Shown one piece after another: positions 1-12,617 of a stretch of 64,000 bases of DNA. The position numbers and the translations under genes are program-made. Within the stretch, counting starts at the first letter, position 1; the number at the start of each line of letters is the position of its first letter. The notes under the pieces were generated by a model. It saw only the letters and a program-made list of their open reading frames with translations, made no database searches and was not told the DNA's origin. Location: assembly GCA_013265495.1 (NCBI GenBank), contig MU058213.1:4712001-4776000 (forward strand). The letters run 5' to 3'. The stretch comes from Vicugna vicugna (Eukaryota).

Positions 1-490
1 TGGGCACTTTGCTGAATCTACTTGAGAAATTGGAGGTGGTGCTTCAAATGATGTCAGAAAAGGCCACTGTGGACTCTTTTGCTATCATTTGGAGGCAGTA
101 CTTTCCACTGTGCCTGCCAGGAACTTGATGTCAGAAGAGTCTTTTGAAAGTTACTATTAAGGAGACTTGATTGCCAGCTATTGACGAGGAGGTCTGCCTT
201 CTCAGTGGCAGCCTCAGAGGTGGTCTTGGCCAGACCAGCCTGCCCCTGACTCACGCTGAGGTCTGTCGGCCAGGCCGACACACCCCTCTTTGGGGCCCAG
301 GACAACATGCTGGTTTCCTGGAAGCCTTTAGGCCAAGGCTCTGCTGCTAAGAAAATGATATTATTTTTGCAAGTATGGCCTAATAAGTGTGTTTAAGGAG
401 CCTCAAAAGTAAGACTCCTTTCAAAGAAATACAGGATTAAAACTAACAAACAAACAAGAAGCAAAAAGCAAAACCTAGGAGGTAAATTAA

Positions 491-1240
491 CACTTCACTG
501 ATGCCAAGGAGTTTGCAGGTTTCATTGACTGTGGGGATTTGGATGGCCCACCCCATTGTGTGCCCACCGATTGCAGGGGCAAAGGCAAACCCACACCCCT
601 TTGTGGGAAAGTGAATTCCATGGCAAACCCCAGTGGCTTAAGAGTGTTTGCTTCTCCTGGAAATAATTATAGAAATACGCAATCCTTGAAAGGCAACATC
701 TGGCTGGCTGGAGGCAAGCTGGCAAATACTCAATCTAAATAGATAGGGGGTGACGTTGCGCAGAAGGAAAGAAACAGCCTGAGAAGATGGCCAGTGGGCG
801 TGAGTACCCCTGTCCAGAGAGACGCCCCACCCTGCCCTGGTGTTGACTTTACTCCCGGAGCTGTCTAGGAGGCAGATGCCCACGTAGCCCGGAGCCCCAT
901 TACCTGCGCCTTCCCCTTCTGAGGCTCCCCTGGAGGCTCGGGGGCTCTGGAGCCCAGAAGTGTTTGCTGCCCAGGGAGCGGTCTGGACCAGTACTCTGCG
1001 GTCAGCCTGGATTTCGCATCCACTTCCAGTGCGATGTGAGGTGTTGATTTGCTGTTAGAAATGTCTCTAACCCCCCTGATGCTTTCTCAAGATGGCCCAT
1101 GTGCTTGTTCTCACAAACGGTGCCCAGGACCCGGAGCTCTGCAGTGTTTCCAGGAAAGTGGCTTAAGTCTGTATTCCCTTCTCCCTGTCCAGTTCGGAGG
1201 GCTCAGCTTTGGATCTCTTGAAATACCAGGGCAAATCCTC
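491..1240 (+). repeat. Two diverged direct copies (491-731, 1021-1240) of the local repeat family
   Basis: Collinear shared anchors cacttc, gatggccca, agtggcttaag, cttctcc, cttgaaa and ggcaaat(a/c)ctc. Confidence 0.7.
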
Positions 1241-4200
1241 TTTTTTTTTTTCTCCCCCCTCTTCAATTTTGCATCTATCAGCTGGTGACAGAAGCAGAAC
1301 AGCATCTTTGTGGATTTATGGACATTGAGGGTTTTTATTTTTTAATCGCACATGAGACATTTTCTAGTAAAGAATGCAGTTCTGATAAATCCAGTGAACC
1401 TGCCATGGACTTTCTGAAACCAAGTTTTCGTGCAAGCTGTGGTAATGACATTATGAAGGAACTTACTGAAAAATATGGGCCCTTAGAGCAAGTTTTTGCA
1501 GAGGGTGTGTTTTTGGGGAAAAAGTGCTCTCAGTAGCAGTTCTGTGTTCTGCAGCCTCTTGTGGTGGTTTTGCAGAGCCCCGAGGCAGCGTGTTTAAAGG
1601 CCTTGGTTTGACTTCTCTTTGGACTTGTCAGCTTTTGAGCACCTGAGCAAGCCTTAGAGAAGACCAGATTTCCTCCGAGTTAAGAGGTTGTGGGATAAAT
1701 CCCTAGAGGAATTCAGGAGGAGCATCCTGCTTTTGAATAAACAGTCATTAGTGTAACATGAATAACGTCTTGCTCACCTGTAGAGGGGCCTCAAGAATCG
1801 AGTTCACTTGGGATTGAAGGGTTGAAAGAGTTGGAACTGTAAGACCCCTGGAGTTCCACCTCTCAGACTTGCTTGCTGTCCAGTCTTGGACAAGAAGTCA
1901 TTTGGCATTTCTGAGCCTCAGTTTCCTTACGTGTGGAATTACGCTGCCCACCTCACAGTCTTTACGTGAATCACTAACATCACTTCGCGCTGATGCTTCC
2001 TGAAGTGCAAAGCACTGTGCAGATACTAGTTATGAGGTGATGGCTCTTGTTTGCACTTCATCCACCCCATTGTTTCCATCATCAGTGGTGACGTCAGCAC
2101 CATGGTCCTGCCGTCTCTGGGCCATTTCCTCTCCTGCCGTGTGTCTTGTTTCTCTGGTGTCACTGCGTGGACCGTGCTGCTCCAGACCTGGGAGCGGTGA
2201 CTTTTGCTTTTCCTGCCCTCAGGTAAGATTTCTCTCTTTCCAGGTCTTCCTATTTTACCTCTGTCTAAGTTCCCTGTTTTCCCTAGTATTCTTTGCTCTG
2301 TCATTGCAATCTTTGTTTCCTATCTCTCGGGGGTGTGCGGTGAGCTCAGTGAGTAGGAAGGGGAAGGGGCTGCCTCTGCTCTGCTGGACAAGGGCTGAGA
2401 CCCTGAGAAGGTGGTTTGCTAAATTAGACTGAGCCCAGACGCAGCTTCTTTCCCGAGGGTTCTTCAAAGACAGGAAGTTGTGGACCTGTTTTTAAGCCTG
2501 TGGGGATGCAACTTGCATTTAATACAAACATTGTTTGTTTATTCATTCATTCATTCAATGCAGGTATTTACCAAGAGCCCACTGTGTGCCAGGCCTTCCA
2601 TCAACCCGAATGATAAGGCGGTATCCTTAACACAGGATAGCAAAGCAAACCACCCAGGGGAGCTCGAATTCTAGCCACAGAGACCTAGCAGGGAAGATGC
2701 CAATAAACACAAACAAAGGCCTATCAGTGGTTGATAAGAACACTACACCAAGATAGAGTGGACTGTGAGGATGATGGGGGATGGCGGAGAATCCTACTAT
2801 ATAGGGTTGGTCTGTTCTGTGAGGTGAGTTTTTTCTATGAATTGGTCAAGGAGAGGTTGAGGCCGGAGGGAAAGTGTGGAGCCTGTCTGCTTGGGGGAAC
2901 GGCACTGGGAGAGGGGTCAGGGACATGAACGGCCCTAAGGCAGATGGCACCAGGCACAAGGGCCTGGTGATGTGGGGAGAGTGGGGTCAGTGATAGAGGC
3001 AGGGCCCTGAGAGTGGAACGAAAAGCCTGGAGTGAGTACTTCAGGAAACAGAGGCTCCTCCTTTCAAAAGTGTGTTTAAAGATGTCATTTAATCTTTAGT
3101 AGAAAGAAGCATAGTAATCAAACTCCCATGAAAGTGCTGTGTAAATCCAAAAATTATTCATATGTATACTGAGCTAATTGCTAGAGTTACCATTAATGCT
3201 GGGCTCTGAATACGTTCTGAAATAATTTTTTTTGCATTCATTTATTTCTCCAAATACTGAGTACTTATCAAATAGTAGTAACCTAGGGCTTATTGTACCA
3301 GTTGATACAAGAATTTATGACTGTCATCTTAATCCTGGTTGGTCCACAGGGCACTTGGAAGGGCCATCTGTGTTTTTGACATGAGTTTTCTTGTTATCTG
3401 ATGGGGGTAGAGTTGCATCATTTGATTATTGCTGGCAGAGTCCACCCATTTGGCCCTGTTCTTGGGAGATGGACCTCCCAGATAGTTTTCTGTATATGTG
3501 AGGAGTCTCAAGACATTCTGTCACGGCAGGGGGAACTAGTTTTAATGTTTATAGGAGGTCTTGACTTACTTGCTGTAACTTACCTGATGTCTGGGACTGT
3601 TTTTTTTTTTTCTCTTTGTTTTTAGAAAATAGGAAAAAAAAAAAAAGACACTTCATCTCCTTTGTTTTCTGAATTACTTCTAGTCTTACCACCCAAAAAA
3701 ATCTTTAAAGAAGTAAGTGGAAGAGCAGCCTAGTGTGGATGAGGTTTCTGGTGAGAAAGCTCATTAGAACGTGTAGCTTTTTTGCTACTGAAAACAAAGG
3801 TCCTTTTTGATGATATTTAAATTTTTAAGGTCGAGAAAGGGGTTTTGACCATTTGTTCCATGTCTGAAAGTATGATTATTCATTCTATTTAGTGTCTTCA
3901 AAAGACAGGGAGCTGAGAGGTTGGGATGGAAGTTAAGTGACCTGGTTAAATATCCAAGTCCTCCTGAAGTCTTCCAGCAAGTGGGATGCTCAGAAAGAAA
4001 ACAGACTGTCCCAAGAAGTCGTTTCCTGAAAACAGCTGAGGACAGAACACACCCTGTTATATATTTATTTTGGTAAAGGGATAACAGTTCGGTTTCCCCG
4101 GGGCCCCAAACGTCAGGGATGATGAAAGCATACATACATTCATTGGCTGAAATCATTTCCTTTGATGGAGACCTTGGTCCACTGAGCCTTGCTCAGAGAT

Positions 4201-6094
4201 GAATCGCTCTTCTCTCTGTGGGCACCCAGTTGTTCCCTTTGAACTCATGGAGCTGCGACGATTCAGAAATGTGACTTTTAAGCCCCTGAGCAAAGCTTGA
4301 GCAGCCTTTTCCAAGCTAAACTTCTGGAGACTGTGTATCTTTCCAGGAGTCAGCACAGGACCCTCCTAGGGGGGCCCTCTTCATGAGGGGCATGAACTTA
4401 ATACTGCCTTTGGACCCCCTGTGATGTGTGCATTCATGGAGGGCCACTGGGAAGTGAACAGGGTGGAGATGACCGGCTGGGCCCTGCCCGCCTGCAGCCC
4501 GCAATGTGCAGTGGGTTGGGAGAGGAGTGGACAGTCACAGCGAGTACCTGGGCCAAGGTGGGCCCTGGAGAGAGTGTGTGTGTGTGTGTGTGTTGGGGGA
4601 AACAAAACGCAGGAACCCTGGCTGACGGGTCAGGGAAGGTGAGGCCTGAGAAGAGTATGGGTGGCCAGGCAGGCTTGTGTGAGCTATGGAGCATGCAGCC
4701 CTTGGGGACCCCCAGCCTGCACGGGGCAGTCCCCTGGGCCCGAGGTTGTCAGGGGCCTGGTCTGTCTGCTGGGCTAATAAGTAGCTATATTTTGATCCTG
4801 AATGAAAAGGAAGAAACTATTTGAATACTTTTTAAGCTGAAATACAAATGAGTGGACAAATGTGAAAAGATCACAGTGGTATGTAGGTGGTGGATTGGAG
4901 GAAATCAAGAGTGGAGGCTGTTGCTGGCACCTGGGTGAGACCCACAAATGGCTGAGTAGGATGCTAGCCTGGGGGTGGGGACCAGCGGCTGAGATGTTGT
5001 AAGGAGCAGCATTGACCAGAAGCAGCCACTAACGCGGTGTGGTGCAGGAGGCAGAGGGAGAATCTAGGATGCTTCCAGGCTGCTGAGAGGGGTGGGGCTT
5101 ACGTTGATGCCACGTCTTTGGGAAGCCAGGAGTTTGTAGAGAGGATCAAATGGTCCTGGGCCGACTTGTGCTGTAGGTGATTGGAAGCTACAAGAGTAGG
5201 TGAGGCTATGTTAGGTTGAGTCTAACGGGGAGTTGTTTTTCTTAGGAGAAACGTGTAGTGAAAGAAGTCCAGTAAAACCTTGTTTGGTTTGAAAAACCGA
5301 AATACTAGACGGAAAATAGGCACAGAAAGTTCCCTATGGAGCATGTTTACCATGTGCTGCCTTGACCTTTCTGATCTTGACAGGTGGCAATGATTCCCTC
5401 CGTTTTGGAAGATTGAAGGCACCAGCCATCAGCCTAGAAGGTATTTAAGCCAAGAGGGTTTGCGGTTCCGGCCAGTGAGCGGTCACCCCTTCAGGGGAGC
5501 GGAGTCGTGTGCTGGTTAGGGGAGTCCCTGTTGGTGGTGTGAGGGCTCATGTTTGGGAGGAAGCAGAGTCTTACAGGCAGCAAACAAGGACTTCGAGTGG
5601 GCCAGACCAGGCTCCCTCAGCATCCCAGCTCTGCCATCTGTTAGCTTATAACCTGTCTGAATTACGGAAACTCATCATCCTTCAGTTTTCTCATTTTCAA
5701 GGCTGTTTGGAAGATTTAATAGAAACCCAGGCAGAGTGCCCACAGCAGTACCTGACCCGTGGTAGGCACTTGGTAAACTGTAGATCCTTTTCCTTAGTTG
5801 ATGTGGGAGATGCTTTCGTCACCACTGGACGGGAACCCTGGCTTTCTGCTTGTGACCTAAATGATGCTTAGAGCCCTGGGCGGGGAGTCATGTTCTTTCT
5901 TCTCTTCTGCTCCCTGCAGCTAGTTCAGTCAACAGATGGAGGAGGACGCCAGGAGCCTTCCCATCACTTCCTCTCTCCTCCTAGGCAGGCATGTCTGCCT
6001 GTGTGTGCATGGTGCCAATGCACATGCGCACGTGTGTGTATATTTTGGGGTGGGTGGGGGAGTGAATATGAGAAGGATCAATAATAACAATTGA

Positions 6095-6560
6095 CATAGC
6101 AGCACTATTTACACTAGCCAAAACATGGAAACAGCCTAAATGTCCATCAACAGGGGACTGGATAAAGAAGATGTGGTATATTTATACAATGGAATACTAC
6201 TCAGCCATAAAAACTGACAACATAACGCCATTTGCAGCAACATGGATGCTCCTAGAGAATGTCATTCTAAGTGAAGTAAGCCAGAAAGAGAAAGAAAAAT
6301 ACCATATGAGATCGCTCATATGTGGAATCTAAAAAACAAAAACAAACAAACAAACAAAAACAAAGCATAAATACAGGACAGAAATAGACTCATGGACAGA
6401 GAATACAGACTTGTGGTTACCGGGGGGGGGGTAGAGGGTGGGAAGGGATAGACTGGGATTTCAAAATTGTAGAATAGATAAACAAGATTACACTGTATAG
6501 CACAGGGAAATATACACAAAATGTTATGATAAATCACAGAGAAAAAAAGTGAAAAAAGAA
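6095..6560 (+). mobile_element. 5'-truncated young L1 (ORF2 end plus 3' UTR)
   Basis: Typical L1 3' sequence (aaatgtccatcaaca...ggaatactactcagccataaaaa); 9-bp TSD aacaattga at 6086-6094 and 6561-6569. Confidence 0.92.
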
Positions 6561-8099
6561 AACAATTGAAAGAGAGGAAAATTAAATCTAAGTATATCTG
6601 TTGCTGTATTACTTGTTAAAAACCTGTAAAAAGTCTTGTTAAGTACTAGAGGAACTGTAAATAGAACCTAGCAAAACTGCTTGTTCAGCATATTCAACCC
6701 CTGCTCCCGAATTTTGTCCTGGCTTGTGAGGGTGTGCTTCATTTCTGCATGACACACTGGTGTGGCATTAGTTTGTTTTCTCTTTTGCTAAAAGGATAAA
6801 ATGCAGTGCTTAGTGAAGTTTATCATGTCTGTGTCTTCTCAGATTCAGAGGAGGAAGTTGTATTTACTTGAAAATGACAAGATAACACTTCTGTGGGTTT
6901 ATTATTTTAATACAAGGGTCTGGAGATAAGCTAGAGCACCTCAGAGATCACAGAGACCACATGAAAAGCCCAGCCTGTGAAGTTTACTGGAATTGATCAG
7001 ATTTATACCATCCAGGATGGTGCTATTGGCATTGTTTTTCTCAACATCAGAATATTACAGAAGAGTGTCACAGGCAGGGACTCCATCCATAGAGACAGAG
7101 GTTTTTCTGACATGAGCCAGTCTCTGAGTCATCTTGAGAATTGGAGCCCATCTTCTGCCAGAATCAAGGGTCATCCTGAGCTGTCTGGAGGCATCCTCTC
7201 AAAGACTTGCTCACACTGGCTCAGTGTTCATTCATGTGTTCTTTTATTTCCCCCACTGTGTAGCCCAAACCAGATCTGCTCATCCTTGCCCTCCGGGAGC
7301 TTAAGTCTAGCTCGGCTGACATTTCTGCCACATGCTGTTCATCTCCCACTAGTTTTCTCCTCTCATCCTTGATGTGGGCAGCTGGGCTTTGGCTCAGTTT
7401 CTGTATGGAGTTTCTTAGTATCTTACAGTACCTCCCTGCCGAGAGCCTTCAGCTGCTTTTCCACCTCTTCCCTCACGTTGAAAGGTTAGATACTGTAAAC
7501 CACGAGTTTCAAGTGCTTCTTGGAAAATTCCACCAAGGCTCATATTTTTTTGTGTTCTCTGTCCGTTGCCTCACTTGCGTTCACGGCCTCCTAAGGTGAC
7601 TTCCCAGATTTCCTTTGGGACAGGCTTGGGTTGACATCCTTCCTCTGCCAAGAGGGCAACCAACCGATGAGGGTTTGAGGTTGGGATGAGACTGATGACG
7701 GGGTGGCTTCTGGTCTGGGCTCGAGTGCTTTAGGCAGCAGGTGGGTGGGCAGGACAGCTTCACTCAGTCAACAGACTTCATTTTCAAGTCCGTGTTCTGT
7801 ACACATGAAAACGTAGGATACGATGTGGAGAAAACTTTATTCTTTGGATGTTCTGTTGTCCTCTGGAGGACGGGCTTGGCTGTACGCACCTCTGTGCTTC
7901 TTACCTCTGGGGTGATTATCCTGCTGTTTTCTCTGTATATGTAAGTGGTAGTTGTCACTGAGTAAATATGAGATGGACTCATTGATTCTCAGATTGGGAA
8001 GAACCTGCCTTCCTGAGGCGCTGTCCCCTCTCAAACCTGCCTGTGAAGAGGTGGCCCTGCCCTGTCACGATCCTCCACTGTCTCCTGAAACAGCCCATT

Positions 8100-8870
8100 T
8101 ACCTTCAGGCATCTCTAACTGTTTACCTTCAGGCATCTCCGTCTCTAACTGTTAGGAAACGTTTTGCCCTTTCCCGTTGAGTTGGAATCATGTTCCTGGC
8201 ACATCTACTCCTTGTTCCTTGTTCTAACCTTGGGAGCTGCATAGGGCAAGTTTAATCCACTTTTCACCTGACAGCCCTTCTGGTGTTTACGTTTGATGAG
8301 ACTATCCTGGTTTTAGTCCTGTTCCCCTCCTTTTCCCCATGCCTCTTCTCAGCTTCTCAGACCTGAGACCGTCCTGGCCACTCTTTCTTAAACCAGGTGC
8401 TTGCGGCTCAGCTCCGGGCAGCGGGAGCTTCCTAAATCACCAGGGAGGGGGTCTGATGGCGCCAGTCGGCCTGGCTTACTGGGCAAAGGTGACTGCTCGG
8501 CTGGTGGCCTGTTTGCCCTCAGGCCTCCCTGCATGTGCCCTGAGGCTGTGTGCTTGGGTGAAAAGACTGGGAGGGGGGTTGTTTTGATTTCAAGGGAGTC
8601 TATGGTTATCTGCCCTGCCCTCCTGACTCTGGATGCATAATTTCCAGAGATCACAGTGGTCTTGGTCTTAAGTAACTTGTCAACTGTGGTCCCCAAGTCT
8701 TTTTTCTTTTTTAATTTTTTAAAAACAACAAGATTTGCTTCTGTGCCTCCCCCATCCTGCAGTCAAACAGTTGGTTTCTTAAGGGCCTTCAGTTCTCCCT
8801 ATTAAACTTCATTTGTTAGGCTTGACCCATCGGTCCAGCCTGCTGGGCTGCTTGGCTCCCTAACTCTCCC
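8100..8870 (-). mobile_element. L3/CR1 relic, with a 24-bp tandem duplication at 8098-8151
   Basis: ccctattaaacttcatttgttaggcttgacccatcggtccagcctg and tctaactgttaggaaa motifs. Confidence 0.55.
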
Positions 8871-9182
8871 ACGGTTCATTGTCTCTGCTTCCCAGTGCCT
8901 GTGGTTCCTGTGGTTGCTGGCACAGGCTTTAGGGTGAGGGAGACGGGTGTAAATCCATATCCGCTACCTACTGGTTGCATGGTTTTGGGCAAGGGTGTAG
9001 TGAATACTCTTCTGGGATAATTGACAGAGCAGATCAGTGGTATCCCAAGGAATCCAAGGGCAAGGGGCAGCAGGTCAGGAAAGCAGAACTAGGGAAGCTG
9101 GGGAAAAAGAAAACCGCTCATCCTTGCTTTTCCCCGAACATTATTCTTTTCTTTTTTGGGGCCTGACTTTCCCTGTCTGTTT

Positions 9183-9595
9183 GAGTGGTAGACAGAATAA
9201 TACCTCCCCCCACAAAGACTTCCGCATCCTAATTCTAGAACCTGTGAATGGGTCATCTTACATGGCAAAAGGAATGTGACTGAGTTAAGGACTTGAGACA
9301 GGGAGAGTCCTGGATTATCCAGGTGGGCCCAGTGTCATCACAAGGTCCTTATAAGGGAAGAGGGGAGACAGGAGAGTGGGGATCAGAGGAGGGACTGGGA
9401 TGAAGGAAGCACAGGCAGAGAAGATGCCACACTGCTGGCTTTAAAGGTGGTGAAAGGAGCTAAGAAATGCAGGCAGCCCCTTAAAGCCTCCAGGAGGAAT
9501 GCAGCTCTGTTGACACCTTGATTTTAGCCTAGTGAGACTTCTGACCTCTATTACAATAACAAATAAACAAATAATGGGTTGTTTTGAGCCACTGA
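9183..9595 (+). mobile_element. MLT1 (MaLR) solo LTR
   Basis: ggtagacagaataat...ggattatccaggtgggcccagtgtcatcacaaggtccttataag...gacaccttgattttagcctagtgagac. Confidence 0.8.
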
Positions 9596-10849
9596 GTTCC
9601 CGCTTTCCTGAGTTCATGCCTTCCCCAGTCCGCCCACCCTCCTGCAGTCACGAGCGCCCTCCCCCTCTGGAGGCAGTGGGGGTTGTTGCTGTCTTCCCAC
9701 TTCCCCCATCAGTTGTCTGCCTCAGGGCCCAGCAAGGCCCTCCTTGCAGTGGGGTCTGGAAAGTGCCTGTGGAACCAGAGCCCCCAAGAGAAACCTTTTA
9801 GAAATGCAGCTGTGACTGTGGCTTGTTGGCCTCCCAGCTCAGCAGCCCTGCCAGGAAAGGAATAAGGCCAATCCGTCGTGGTTTTCTCCCAGTGAGCCCT
9901 GAGAGGACTTAGAGATGGCTGCCCCTCCCCAGGTGCTCTCTCACCACGCTGGGAATCAGCTCTGGAGCCTCCGTGTGGTGAATCAGCCTGCGTTCAGAGA
10001 CTGGACTTTTGCTATGTCTTTGTACTCTTCTAATGTCATAGGTTGTATTGAAAAAGAAGCCGGTAGAAATATGATTTTGAAGCCTTCCACTTCTTTAATG
10101 CGCTAAAGTTGGAGAAGTGTTTCTGTATTCATGGTCTCAGTTAAGCCCTATGGTGGCCCCATGAAGTGACCAACCTCTTTACAGTTAAAATGACATCCAT
10201 TCTCTACGTGTAGGGCTGGAAACCCACCATCCCTTTTTATGGGTCAGAGTTCCGGGTGGTGACATGCCTGGTCTCTCTGCATATGTGGGCAGAAGATGTT
10301 TCTGGTTTCTATTTCCAGAGCTGTTGGAAGCACAGCTCACCACCTCTTCATAGTTGTCAAGAACATTCTCATTTTCCCCTTAAAAGTCTGCTCTCTCTTC
10401 TCACTGAGCCAGCATCCTCACCTGCCTTTCTCTCTTCCCTACTCTTTACACGGCCTCCTTGCCACCTGGGCCTGGAGCTGTCGACCAGCCATCATTTTTC
10501 TGGATCACGCCTACTTTTGGAGGCGCCTGCTGTCAGGTTGTTCTGGGACCAGGTCTCATGTCACTGATGGGGCGCCCATAGAGATGCTCTGTCACCGTCG
10601 ACTGGGTGCTGTCCTGGCAGCCAGATCCCCAGCTGTCTCTCTCCCCATAATCCTCTGTGGGTGGTCTCCTCCTAACCAGATGGTTTCCAAGTTTAGTTTG
10701 CAATTAGTTGGTTGTTTGGAGCTAGAATGCATCTTTCTGGGGATCCAGTGTCATAAATGGCGGCTGAGTCCCAGGCCCCCACCCAACATCTGTGGCTCCT
10801 GTTATGTAGCTAAACTCTGGAGTCATGAAGAGAAGGGGCTTTAGAGTTA

Positions 10850-11035
10850 GAGCTAGTTGGGCCTCAGTGGTTCCTGGCTCTGCCACAGCTACCTGGGTGA
10901 CCTTGGGCAGGTGACTTCACACCTCTGAGCCTCCGTTGCCTCACCTGCAAAACAATCCCTACCTGACAGAGTCACTGACTAATGTATTAAAAGGACTTAG
11001 CATAGTTCTTGGCACTTGGTAAATGCTCAGTGAAT
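10850..11035 (+). mobile_element. MIR; similar MIRs at about 1850-2020, 5600-5780, 21300-21470, 30790-30910 and 45780-45970
   Basis: ggctctgccac...gtgaccttgggcaggtgacttcacacctctgagcctc core. Confidence 0.7.
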
Positions 11036-12617
11036 ACCACATTAATTATTACTGTGGTATTAATTATGTATCTGGTTTGTTTACTAGCACCACTTAACCT
11101 ACTCACTATTTATACTGCCATTTCTGTGGGTAAACTGATTCCAAGGTCAAACTCTGCACTGGTCACTCAGATTTGAAATGTTCTTTTTTCTTTCCAAGGT
11201 CTCAGATTGCTGGGAGTTGGGGAGGAGGGAGGAGTCCCCATTCATTCATTCATTCAATTCATAATTAATTGCACTATGTCAGGAATGCTGTGCAGCCCCA
11301 GGGGCAAAATGGTAAGAAAACCAATAGCCCCCCCTTCCCATGGATCTTACAGGCTGATGCGGGAGACAGACATTAATTAAAATTAAAAAATAATAGAAAT
11401 GTGGAAGCACAGCTGTTGTGAAGGAGTGATGCCCTGGAGGTGTAGGGAGATGTGGTCCCGGTATCTGGTGGGCTGTGGGGTTGGATTGACGCCTTTGGGT
11501 GGCAGATGCTGTCTTCACCTGGGTGGCTTGGGGCCTTGGCATCACTGGCCTCAGATTACAGCAGAGGTTGTGGTGCCCTGGGCTCCAGCAGGTGACAGTG
11601 CAAGGTGTCTGCGACATCTGGGACATTGTCAGGACACAAGCCACTGTAAGGGAGGAGCAGTGGGAAGGGGCATGGCTGGGAGCAAGCAGCCTTCAACTCT
11701 CTGGTCAGGGAGCTGAGTTCTTAGGTGGTGCTTATTAAGGAATGTTTTAAGTGGAGCTTTCATTTGGTCACTCCTTGTGTTCAACCCAAATAACACCCTC
11801 GTCCATTCTTCCTGTCACTGGGGCTTCCGAGGGCCAATCGAGCTTAATGAGTATCTTTCCCCTATAATTGTTTCCATCTCATCTTGCATTTTTCACTATT
11901 TTTATCTTGCTCTTCATCCCTTTCTGTTTCTTTTTCTCTCATTTGGTTTCTCCCATTCTGCTCTGCGGTTAAATCTGCTCTTCACTTTTTGAAATCGCAG
12001 TTAACGTTTCTCTCTTCAGAATGCTGTTCTCTAAGATGGAGGAGGCAGGGGGCAGAGTTCTGTCTTAACATAAGCAGCACTGGTATGCACGTCCTGTTTA
12101 GCGCTCCCGTTTAAACTCTGCTCAGATGTTCTCCTCTCTGGGGAAGATGCATCTTCTGTGTTTGCCCAGCTTGCTGATTGTTCATTCTCTCTCCCGCAGT
12201 ATGCAGTTTGCAGGTTTCTTAGTCCTTTAGCTCTACTCTTTGGCTTGTGGGAAACTATCCACAGTTCATAAATTTTCACCACTTAGATCACATTCACACC
12301 CCAGCTTGCGCAGGACTCTGAGCTCAGGAACCTGTGGGTGCCTCGCCAGGTATCTGTGATGTGATGCTCTGTGCTCCCTGGGTCCAGAGTATTTTGCCTG
12401 TTCTTTCTGGCAGAGGGATGATCCAGGAGCAGTGTTTTGAGACCTAACCAGGATGCTGTGCCTGGTAACCTGCTGAAGGACATGAATATTTCTGGTCTGG
12501 CCACCCAAGAAGCCCGGAATTGCAGGTTTTGGCTCTGGAGTGACCGCACTGACCACAGCAGTGGCTTTGACTGCCTGGTGGTTTTTTTTTTTTTTTAAGT
12601 TACTTTAAAAACCCAAC

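Noticed and set aside
3329..3600. Possible processed pseudogene or antisense exon (minus-strand CAG|GTAAGT near 3580)
   Set aside because: No recognisable protein in the frames I translated; better explained as a copy of the local repeat.
1627..4310. About 40-nt direct similarity between ~1627-1666 and ~4270-4306, and a weak inverted similarity between ~7140 and ~12410
   Set aside because: Too short or gapped to distinguish from chance by eye; revisit after a formal self-alignment.
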